This document shows positions 18,562 to 26,412 of a stretch of 49,202 nucleotides of DNA, piece after piece. Source of the DNA: Geminicoccaceae bacterium (GTDB taxonomy: Bacteria > Pseudomonadota > Alphaproteobacteria > Geminicoccales > Geminicoccaceae); NCBI GenBank assembly GCA_020446525.1, contig JAGREO010000107.1, positions 1 through 49,202 of the forward strand. Reading direction: 5' to 3'. The notes beneath the pieces were generated by a model. The model had not been told where the DNA came from, made no database searches, and saw only the letters and a list, made by a program, of their open reading frames with translations. The translations under genes were made by a program, and so were the position numbers. The first letter of the stretch is position 1, and each line of letters begins with the position of its first letter.

Positions 18562-19674
18562 ATGAAGGACGCGACGATCGCCGCCCGGGCCGCAGGCCAT
18601 ATCGATCGGGCGACAGGTGGTGTCGTGCCGGCATTGCATTTGTCGACGACCTTCGCGCGCGACGACGCCTATGCACCGATCGCTTCGGACCACGTCTATC
18701 TGCGTGACGACAATGATGCGGCACGGCTGGCCGAGAGGATCGTGGCCCAACTGGAGCAGGCCCGGGCGGCCCTGCTGTTTCCTTCGGGCATGGCGGCCAT
18801 CGCCGCAGCACTTAGGCCCGTGGGCAATGGCGGAACACTCGTGCTTCAGCGCGGCATCTATTGGGGCACCACCCAGTGGGTGCGGGCGTTCTGCGACCGT
18901 CGCGGCGTGCGGCTTGTAGAGGTCGGCACCGACGAGATGACGAGAGCGGTCGAGCAGGAGCGCCCGGAGGTCATCTTCGTGGAGACGCCGTCGAACCCGT
19001 GGCTGGAGACGGTGGACATCGCAGCGCTGGCAAGGGTCACACGCGCGACCGGATCGTTGCTCGTCGTCGATTCCACCGCGGCCACGCCCATTCTCACCAA
19101 ACCGCTCGTTCTCGGTGCGGACATCGTCGTCCATGCGGCAACCAAGGCGCTCAACGGACATTCGGACGTGCTGGCCGGTGTTCTGGCCACCAACGCGCCC
19201 GAGAGCGAGCATTGGCGTTCCATCGTCACCGAACGGCACGACGGTGGTGCGGTGATCGGTCCCTTCGAGGCGTGGTTGCTCGTACGCGGTATGCGGACGC
19301 TGACCTTGCGCGTCGCGCACAGCAGCGCGTCGGCGCAGCGGATCGCCAGCTGGCTGGCGGCGCACGAAGCGGTGGCGCGTGTGCTCTATCCGGGGTTGCC
19401 CGAGCATACGGGTCACGAGATCGCCGCGCGGCAGATGTCCGGCGGGTTCGGTGGTCTTCTGTCGATCCGACTGCAGGGCGGCGGCGAGGCGGCACGACGG
19501 TTCTGCGGCCGTCTGCGGCTCTTCCATCGGGCGACGTCGCTCGGCGGCGTCGAGAGCCTGGCCGAGCATCGACACGAGATCGAGCCTGCCGTGCCGCCGG
19601 ATCTGGTGCGCCTGTCGATCGGCATCGAGGATCTTGACGATCTAGTGGCCGACCTCGAGCAGGCGCTCTCATGA
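18562..19674 (+). CDS. Cys/Met-metabolism PLP-dependent enzyme (cystathionine gamma-synthase/beta-lyase family)
   Basis: 370 aa, with the PLP lysine in ATKALNGHSDVLAG and the typical N-terminus GGVVPALHLSTTF. Confidence 0.8.
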   Translation: MKDATIAARAAGHIDRATGGVVPALHLSTTFARDDAYAPIASDHVYLRDDNDAARLAERIVAQLEQARAALLFPSGMAAIAAALRPVGNGGTLVLQRGIYWGTTQWVRAFCDRRGVRLVEVGTDEMTRAVEQERPEVIFVETPSNPWLETVDIAALARVTRATGSLLVVDSTAATPILTKPLVLGADIVVHAATKALNGHSDVLAGVLATNAPESEHWRSIVTERHDGGAVIGPFEAWLLVRGMRTLTLRVAHSSASAQRIASWLAAHEAVARVLYPGLPEHTGHEIAARQMSGGFGGLLSIRLQGGGEAARRFCGRLRLFHRATSLGGVESLAEHRHEIEPAVPPDLVRLSIGIEDLDDLVADLEQALS

Positions 19675-20969
19675 CCGCCCGGCACGTGGTTCGCGGACGC
19701 TTGCTCTCGTTCGAGAACGGTCCGGATCGTCCCTGGTATGTCGAGGACGGCTTTCTTCTGATCGAAGACGGCGTGATCGCCGCGCGCGGCGATTTGGTGG
19801 ACATGCCGGCCGCCGACGTTCCGGTGACGCGTTACGACGGCGATTTGGTAATGGCAGGGCTGATCGACACTCATATCCACTACCCGCAGACCCAGGTGAT
19901 CGCCTCCTACGGCGCCCAGTTGCTCGACTGGCTGCAACGCTACACTTTCGTGGAGGAGCAGCGCTTCGCCGATCCGGCGCACGCGGCGGCAGTGGCCGGG
20001 TTCTTTCTCGAAGAGCTGTTCCGCAACGGCACGACGACCGCCGCGGTCTACTGCACCGTCCATGCCAACTCGGTCGATGCCTTCTTCGAGGCGAGTTCGG
20101 CGCGCAACAGCCGCATGATTGCCGGTAAGGTGATGATGGATCGCGGGGCGCCCGACGGGCTGCTCGACACGGCCGAACGGGGCCATCGGGAAAGTGCCGC
20201 GGCGATCGCGCGCTGGCACGGCCGCGGCCGGCAGCGCTACGCCGTCACACCGCGTTTCGCACCGACCTCCAGCGAGCCGCAACTGGAGGCGGCGGGGGAT
20301 CTGTTGCGCGCGTATCCCGATTGTTACCTGCAAACGCATCTATCCGAGAATCGAGACGAGATCCGCGCCGTCGCCGGGCTTTTCCCTTGGTCCGCGAATT
20401 ATACGCAGGTCTATGAGCGCTTCGGCCTGCTCGGGCCGCGGTCGATCTTCGGGCACTGCATCCACCTGAGTGCGGCGGAACGCCGGCTCCTCGCCGAGAG
20501 CGGCTCGATCGCCGCCTTCTGTCCGACGTCCAATCTGTTCATCGGCTCGGGCCTGTTCGATCGGCGGGCGATGATGGACGCCGGCGTCACCGTGTCACTC
20601 GCGACCGATGTCGGCGGTGGAACGAGCTACTCGATGTTGCGGACCGCCGCCGAGGCGTACAAGATCCTGCAACTGCAGGGCCAGAACCTGCCGTCATTCG
20701 ACGCCTTCCACATGATGACCGCCGGCAACGCCCTTGCACTCGGTCTGCAGGACGAGATCGGAACGCTCGAGGTCGGAACCGCGGCCGATCTGACCGTGCT
20801 CCGTGTCGGGGCGACCGCTGCCATGGCCCACCGTATGGCCCGCGTCGAAAATCTGGAGCAGGAGCTCTTCGTGTTGATGACGATGGGTGACGATCGCGCG
20901 GTCCGGGCGACATGGGTTGCGGGCGTGCCGGTCTACACAGCCGAGCCACAGCCCCAAGCCTCGGCTTGA
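19671..20969 (+). CDS. guaD: Guanine deaminase
   Basis: 432-aa amidohydrolase with GLIDTHIHYPQTQ and the guanine deaminase-like LQTHLSEN and HCIHLS motifs. ATGA overlap with the upstream gene. Confidence 0.8.
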   Translation: MTARHVVRGRLLSFENGPDRPWYVEDGFLLIEDGVIAARGDLVDMPAADVPVTRYDGDLVMAGLIDTHIHYPQTQVIASYGAQLLDWLQRYTFVEEQRFADPAHAAAVAGFFLEELFRNGTTTAAVYCTVHANSVDAFFEASSARNSRMIAGKVMMDRGAPDGLLDTAERGHRESAAAIARWHGRGRQRYAVTPRFAPTSSEPQLEAAGDLLRAYPDCYLQTHLSENRDEIRAVAGLFPWSANYTQVYERFGLLGPRSIFGHCIHLSAAERRLLAESGSIAAFCPTSNLFIGSGLFDRRAMMDAGVTVSLATDVGGGTSYSMLRTAAEAYKILQLQGQNLPSFDAFHMMTAGNALALGLQDEIGTLEVGTAADLTVLRVGATAAMAHRMARVENLEQELFVLMTMGDDRAVRATWVAGVPVYTAEPQPQASA

Positions 20970-20995
20970 GCTTTGCGAAACCAGAAGGAGAAACG

Positions 20996-21949
20996 CTACC
21001 GGCCGTCGTCGTCTCCGATCGGCCGCAGGCGCGCCCAGGCCAAAGCGAGTTCGATCGCAGCCAGCGTCGCGGCGCCGAGGACCAGCGGAACGAGATAATA
21101 GATTACGCGGAAGACCACGAGGGCGGCGATGAGATCGGTGCCGGGCAGGAGCAACACGACGACGCTCTCGATGACCCCGAGCCCGCCCGGCACGTGGGTC
21201 GCCATCGCGGTGAGCGTCGCGACGACATAGACCGCGGCGACGCCGGCATATTCGACGTCCGCCACCGCACTCAGAGCCTGGTGGAGTGCTGCGGCGACAC
21301 AGGCGAAATTGAGCGGTCCGACGATCAACTGGCCGATCGCCAAGGCGGGCCGCGGCATCGGCAACGTCCATCCGCGCCATGCCAGGACCGGCCGCCGGTT
21401 GAAGGCGAGAAAGAGGTAGAGCATGGCCGTGGCGAGGCAGGTCGAGCCCAGAGCGACAGAGACCGCCGGCGTGACCCGCAGAACCTCGGAGCCCAAGGAC
21501 GGGCGCAGCACCAAGGCCGCTCCGGCGAGAACGGCCAGACCCAGCCCGACGGTCAGCGCGCAAAAAAAGATGACACGCGCCACCTCGCCGGCGCTCAGCC
21601 CCCATCGGGCATAGAAGCGATAGCGAACGGCGCCGCTGCTCAACGCGGCGATGCCCAGGCTGTGACCGATCGAGAGTGCGATGAGCGAGGCGAGAGCGGT
21701 CCTGCGATAGGGCAGGTCGTGTCCGACATACCGCACGGCAAGGGTGTCGAAGCCGGTGAGGCAGCCATAGCTGCAGGCAGTGAAGAACGCCACGCCGAGC
21801 AGGTGGGGCGTGTCGATCGCGTGGACACCGGCCGTGATGTGCTCGAGATCATAAGCACCGAATACGCGGGAGAGGAGGAAGACCGCCAGCGCGAGGCCGA
21901 GCACGAGCATCAGCGGCCCCACCCATCTGCGCAGCATTTCGATGCTCAA
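20996..21949 (-). CDS. UPF0104/YbhN-like membrane protein (lysylphosphatidylglycerol-synthase TM-region family)
   Basis: 317 aa, about 8 TM segments; the motif GAVRYRFY and the overall pattern resemble the family. Confidence 0.6.
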   Translation of the reverse strand: MSIEMLRRWVGPLMLVLGLALAVFLLSRVFGAYDLEHITAGVHAIDTPHLLGVAFFTACSYGCLTGFDTLAVRYVGHDLPYRRTALASLIALSIGHSLGIAALSSGAVRYRFYARWGLSAGEVARVIFFCALTVGLGLAVLAGAALVLRPSLGSEVLRVTPAVSVALGSTCLATAMLYLFLAFNRRPVLAWRGWTLPMPRPALAIGQLIVGPLNFACVAAALHQALSAVADVEYAGVAAVYVVATLTAMATHVPGGLGVIESVVVLLLPGTDLIAALVVFRVIYYLVPLVLGAATLAAIELALAWARLRPIGDDDGR

Positions 21950-22033
21950 GACACGTCGGAAGTCATCGAACCGCAGCGTATCGGTAGCGGCGCGACCGAC
22001 ACGGAGCGTCCTTCGTGCGGGCGGAGCGGCGCA

Positions 22034-22333
22034 TCAGTCCGGCAGCACCTCCGGTGCCGTCCACAGTTCGCACCAGCCGCCCGGATCGATCGGGCCTTCG
22101 ACCTTCTTGCAATCGGTTTCGGGAATGAAGTTGACACAGGCACTGCAGGTATTGCCGTCCTTGGGCTTGTAGCGGTAATGCACCGCCTCCTTGGTTTTTT
22201 TCGCTTCCTCGTGCGCCTGCTGCTGGGCATGTCCCGGGCCGGGCACCAGTGTGACGACGCCGGCTCCGACGGCCACCAGACGCAGCGCCCGGCGCCGGTC
22301 GACCGGCAGGTGCATCGATCTCAGGGTCTTCAT
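22034..22333 (-). CDS. High-potential iron-sulfur protein (HiPIP) with Tat signal
   Basis: Real start is MKTLRSM (ATG 22333, preceded by GAGGAG). It has a twin-arginine signal, DRRRALRL, and the four-Cys pattern CSAC...DC...GWC. Confidence 0.8.
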   Translation of the reverse strand: MKTLRSMHLPVDRRRALRLVAVGAGVVTLVPGPGHAQQQAHEEAKKTKEAVHYRYKPKDGNTCSACVNFIPETDCKKVEGPIDPGGWCELWTAPEVLPD

Positions 22334-22506
22334 CGGCGTCTCCTCGTTCGCTACGGGTACCAAACTGGAGGCGCAAGAGGTGGTTCCGGCTCCGCACGCT
22401 GGCGGAAATTTTGCGCAATTCGATGACGCAATGAGCATTTGTACCGACAGGGTCAAGCTTCTAGGCTGCGCGCGCACCAAGGGGACAGGAGAAAGGGAGG
22501 CCGATC

Positions 22507-24117
22507 GTGGCGACCAACGAACTGGATTCCGGGACGAGCGCGAGTGTCGAAAGCGTCAGTGATTTCGAGGTCGGGCAGGACAATATCCAAGTCCTTGGCC
22601 TGGACGTGCACAATCCCGTCTTTTTCGTATCGGCGGTGGTCATCGTCGGTTTCGTCATTCTGGTGTCGATGTTCCAGGAGGGTGCTGCGAGCTTCTTCGG
22701 CGATCTGCGGCCGTGGCTGACCTCGACTTTCGACTGGATGTTCTTGAGCGCTGCGAACATCTTCGTGCTCTTCTGCCTGCTGCTGATCGTGACGCCATGG
22801 GGCAGCGTGCGGCTGGGCGGCGCCGATGCCACGCCGGACTACTCCTATGTCGGCTGGTTCGCGATGCTGTTCGCCGCAGGCATGGGCATCGGCCTGATGT
22901 TCTACGGTGTCTCCGAGCCGATCTCGCACTACACGGCCTCCGTTGCCGAAGGTGCGGGTGGACCCGAAAGCTGGGCGCCGCTCGCCGGCGCAGCCGGTGA
23001 TCCGCTGGAAGCCCGCCGACTAGGCATGGCCGCGACGATCTTCCACTGGGGCCTGCACCCTTGGGCGATCTACGCGGTGGTGGCTCTGTCGCTCGCGCTC
23101 TTCTCCTACAATATGGGGCTGCCGCTGAGCATCCGCTCGGCGTTCTATCCGATCCTCGGCGAGCGGATCTGGGGCTGGGCCGGTCACTGCATCGACATTT
23201 TGGCCGTCTTCGCCACTCTTTTCGGATTGGCCACGTCCCTGGGCTTCGGCGCGGAGCAGGCGAGCGCCGGCCTCGAGTTCCTCTTCGGACTGCCCGTTAC
23301 CGACGTCTCCAAGGTCGTGCTCATCGCCGCCATTACCGCGGTTGCGCTGGTCTCGGTCGTGGCTGGCATGGATGCGGGCGTGAAGCGCCTGTCGGAAATC
23401 AACATGCTATTGGCGGCGCTGCTGCTGCTGTTCATCGTCGCCGTCGGTCCGACCCTCGCCATCTTCCAGGGTTTCTTCGCCAACCTGAAGGCCTATGCCA
23501 TCTATCTCCCGGAGCTCTCCAATCCGTTCGGCCGCACCGACGACAACTTCCGCCAGGGCTGGACGGCCTTCTACTGGGCCTGGTGGATTTCCTGGTCACC
23601 GTTCGTCGGCATGTTCATCGCACGAGTCAGCCGCGGCCGGACGGTGCGCGAATTCATCATCTGCGTGTTGCTCATTCCCTCGCTGGTTTCGGTTTTCTGG
23701 ATGACCACCTTCGGCGGCACGGCGATCAGTCAGATCGTCAACGACGGCTATACCGCGGTCGCCGATGCCAGCCTCGAGCTGAAGCTCTTTCAGATGCTGG
23801 CGGCACTGCCGCTGACCCAGATCACCTCCTTCATCGGAATCGTCCTGGTGATCGTCTTCTTCGTCACCTCGTCGGACTCGGGCTCGCTGGTGATCGACAC
23901 CATCACCGCCGGCGGCAAGGTCGATGCACCGGTGGCGCAGAGGGTCTTCTGGGCGACCTTCGAGGGGCTGGTTGCCATCGCTCTGTTGCTGGGCGGCGGA
24001 CTGGCCTCGCTCCAGGCCGCGGCCGTCGCCACGGGCTTTCCCTTCGCCCTGGTGCTGGTGGCGATGTGCTGGAGTACCTTCCTCGGCCTGCGCGAGGAAC
24101 GCGCCAAACTCGCCTGA
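22507..24117 (+). CDS. BCCT family (betaine/carnitine/choline-type) transporter
   Basis: 536 aa with the BCCT signature WTAFYWAWWISWSPFVGMFIARVSRGRT. GTG start at 22507 follows GGGAGG. Confidence 0.9.
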   Translation: MATNELDSGTSASVESVSDFEVGQDNIQVLGLDVHNPVFFVSAVVIVGFVILVSMFQEGAASFFGDLRPWLTSTFDWMFLSAANIFVLFCLLLIVTPWGSVRLGGADATPDYSYVGWFAMLFAAGMGIGLMFYGVSEPISHYTASVAEGAGGPESWAPLAGAAGDPLEARRLGMAATIFHWGLHPWAIYAVVALSLALFSYNMGLPLSIRSAFYPILGERIWGWAGHCIDILAVFATLFGLATSLGFGAEQASAGLEFLFGLPVTDVSKVVLIAAITAVALVSVVAGMDAGVKRLSEINMLLAALLLLFIVAVGPTLAIFQGFFANLKAYAIYLPELSNPFGRTDDNFRQGWTAFYWAWWISWSPFVGMFIARVSRGRTVREFIICVLLIPSLVSVFWMTTFGGTAISQIVNDGYTAVADASLELKLFQMLAALPLTQITSFIGIVLVIVFFVTSSDSGSLVIDTITAGGKVDAPVAQRVFWATFEGLVAIALLLGGGLASLQAAAVATGFPFALVLVAMCWSTFLGLREERAKLA

Positions 24118-24150
24118 TCCTCGCTGTGATCCCGCGCTGTCCGCCCAGTC

Positions 24151-25086
24151 TCAGGCGGCGGCGCGGATGCGCTCCGGGTCGAACGGCGTGGTCTGGTACA
24201 TCTCGTTGATCCAATTGCCGAACAACAGGTGCGCATAGGCACGCCAGCAGTTGCGCGGCGCCTTGCTGGGGTCGTCGTCGGGATAATAATTGACCGGCAG
24301 GGGAACGTCGCGACGAGTGGTCAGGTCACGCTGATACTCGTCGTTGAGCGTATAGGTGTCGTATTCTAGGTGGTTGAACATGTAGAGCTCGCGGTTCGCT
24401 CCGTCCTGCAGCAGGCAGAGACCGGCGGCATTGGAAATCGCCAGAACCTCGAGCCCGGAATCGTCCGGGATGTCGTCCATCCGCACCTCGGTGTGGCGCG
24501 ACACCGGCACCAGGAAATAGTCGTCGAAGCCGCGCAGCAGACTCGGTCTGGCGGCATCCCGCCGCTCGATCACGTAGTGGGTGTACACCCCGAAGCGCTT
24601 GGCCGGCAGAATGTGCTTGGGCACGCCGTGGAAGTGATGCAGCGCCGCCTGCGCGCCCCAGCAGATGTGAAAGGACGAATGCACGTTCGTGCGTGACCAG
24701 TCGAAGATGCGCGTCAGCTCCGGCCAGTACTTGACCTCGTGGAAAGGCATCAGCTCGACCGGCGCACCGGTGACGATCAACCCGTCGAAGCGCTGGTCGG
24801 CGACATCCTCCCAGGTCCGGTAGAACGACTGCAGGTGTGACGTCGGCACGTTGTTGGGCCGGTAGGTCGAGGTTGTCAGCAGCGTCAGCTCGACCTGCAG
24901 CGGCGTGGCGCCGAGCAGGCGGGCGAGCTGCGTCTCGGTCTTGGGCTTCTCGGGCATGAGATTGAGCAGGGCGATCTGCATCGGGCGGATGTCCTGCCGC
25001 AGTGCCTCGTGCTCGTCGATGATGCGCACGCCCTCCGCCGCCAGTTTTTCCGCGGCCGGAAGATCGTTGGGAATTTTGATGGGCAT
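24151..25086 (-). CDS. metA: Homoserine O-acyltransferase, MetA type
   Basis: Starts at MPIKIPNDLPA (ATG 25086, preceded by GAGGGGA). IALLNLMPEKPKTETQ and HICWGAQAAL are MetA hallmarks. Confidence 0.9.
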   Translation of the reverse strand: MPIKIPNDLPAAEKLAAEGVRIIDEHEALRQDIRPMQIALLNLMPEKPKTETQLARLLGATPLQVELTLLTTSTYRPNNVPTSHLQSFYRTWEDVADQRFDGLIVTGAPVELMPFHEVKYWPELTRIFDWSRTNVHSSFHICWGAQAALHHFHGVPKHILPAKRFGVYTHYVIERRDAARPSLLRGFDDYFLVPVSRHTEVRMDDIPDDSGLEVLAISNAAGLCLLQDGANRELYMFNHLEYDTYTLNDEYQRDLTTRRDVPLPVNYYPDDDPSKAPRNCWRAYAHLLFGNWINEMYQTTPFDPERIRAAA

Positions 25087-25136
25087 CGGCGTCGTCCCCT
25101 CGAACCGCATCGTGCGCCGGGTCCGGAGGACACGAC

Positions 25137-25190
25137 CTTTTAGCGGTTTGTTTAACGTGGCCGCAAGCCGGTCGGCTCAAATCACCACGG
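25137..25190 (-). promoter_or_regulatory. SAM-II (metA-motif) riboswitch-like leader of metA
   Basis: Minus-strand RNA: CCGUGGUGAUUUGAGCCGACCGGCUUGCGGCCACGUUAAACAAACCGCUAAAAGG. It can form an H-type pseudoknot: P1 CGUGG (25189-25185) with CCACG (25160-25156), and loop GCGG (25164-25161) with the 3' CCGC (25146-25143). A U-rich 5' loop, an A-rich linker and a GCUAAAA tail are present. It lies about 50 nt upstream of metA, the classic SAM-II context in alphaproteobacteria. Confidence 0.65.
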
Positions 25191-25243
25191 ACGGTCAATC
25201 TCGTTCGCGCGCCGGTGCCTGTCAAGCGGTCGGTCCCGCACCT

Positions 25244-25927
25244 TCAAGGGGGCGCGCTCGCAGGTGATCCCGGTGCGCCGCGTCGCCGCGCCAGCATCAC
25301 GCCGTCGCCGATGGGCACGAGACACGAGGTCAGCGCCGGATCCTCGGCAACGTGCCGTGCCACGGCCCGCAGGGCGGTCGTCTGGCGCGTGTCGTCGTCC
25401 GGATCGGTGACCGCACCTTTCCAGAGCATGTTGTCGAGCGCGATCAGGCCACCCGGGCGGACCAGGCGCAAGGCATGGTCGAGATAGACGCCGTAGCGCT
25501 TCTTGTCGGCGTCGATATAGGCGAGATCGAACCGTTCGCCGCTCATCGCCTCGAGACTCTGCTCGGCGAGCCCGATGCGCAGGTCGATCTTCGCTTCGAC
25601 GCCGGCCTCGCGCCAATAGGGGCGGCCGATCGCCGGCCAGCGCTCGTCGGCCTCGAGAGTTACGAGCCGACCGTCGTCGGGCAGGGCCAGAGCCATCGCA
25701 AGACTGCCGTAACCGGTGAAGCAGCCGACCTCGAGGATGTGGATGGCACCCGTGCATTCGATCAGCAGGCGCAGGAGCTGCATCTGCTCGATCGAGCTCT
25801 GCATCCCGCCATTCTCGAGTGCGGCCGTCTCGTGGCGAAGCGCCGCCAGAGCCGGATGCTCGGGCGTGCCGGCGGCCACCACATAGGCGTGCAGACCGGC
25901 GTCGAGGGCGATGCTCCTGGGGCTCAT
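25244..25927 (-). CDS. Class I SAM-dependent O-methyltransferase (caffeoyl-CoA OMT-like)
   Basis: 227 aa, with SAM motif I LEVGCFTGYGS, an IDADK metal/acid motif and GGLIALDN. Confidence 0.85.
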   Translation of the reverse strand: MSPRSIALDAGLHAYVVAAGTPEHPALAALRHETAALENGGMQSSIEQMQLLRLLIECTGAIHILEVGCFTGYGSLAMALALPDDGRLVTLEADERWPAIGRPYWREAGVEAKIDLRIGLAEQSLEAMSGERFDLAYIDADKKRYGVYLDHALRLVRPGGLIALDNMLWKGAVTDPDDDTRQTTALRAVARHVAEDPALTSCLVPIGDGVMLARRRGAPGSPASAPP

Positions 25928-25930
25928 GGT

Positions 25931-26401
25931 TCAGGCGGTCAGTTGTCGGGCGGCCGCCAGCACTTCCTCGACGTGTCCGTCGACCTTCACCTTGCGCCAT
26001 GCGCGCGCGATGTTGCCATCGGCGTCGATGAGGAAGGTCGAGCGATCGATGCCCATGTAGGTCTTGCCGTACATGCTCTTTTCCACCCAGGCACCCAGCG
26101 CCTCGACGAGCTTGCCTTCCTCGTCGGACGCGAGCCTGATGCCGAGCTCGTGCTTGGCGACGAACTTGTCGTGCGCCTTCACATCGTCCTTGGAAAGACC
26201 GACCACGGCCACGCCCAGCGCGTCGAACTCCGGCTTGGCGTCGGTGAAGGCGATCGCTTCTTTGGTACAGCCGGAGGTGTCGTCCTTGGGGTAGAGGTAG
26301 AGTACCCAAGGGTTGCCCAGCATGCTCGAGCGGCTGATCCGTCCGCCGCCGTCGGTAGGCAGATCGAAGGAAGGCAAGGCATCTCCGGTATCGAGGGTCA
26401 T
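25931..26401 (-). CDS. bcp: Thioredoxin-dependent peroxiredoxin Bcp
   Basis: Starts at MTLDTGDALPSF (ATG 26401). The peroxidatic Cys lies in YPKDDTSGCTKEA. Confidence 0.9.
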   Translation of the reverse strand: MTLDTGDALPSFDLPTDGGGRISRSSMLGNPWVLYLYPKDDTSGCTKEAIAFTDAKPEFDALGVAVVGLSKDDVKAHDKFVAKHELGIRLASDEEGKLVEALGAWVEKSMYGKTYMGIDRSTFLIDADGNIARAWRKVKVDGHVEEVLAAARQLTA

Positions 26402-26412
26402 CGAACGTTCTC

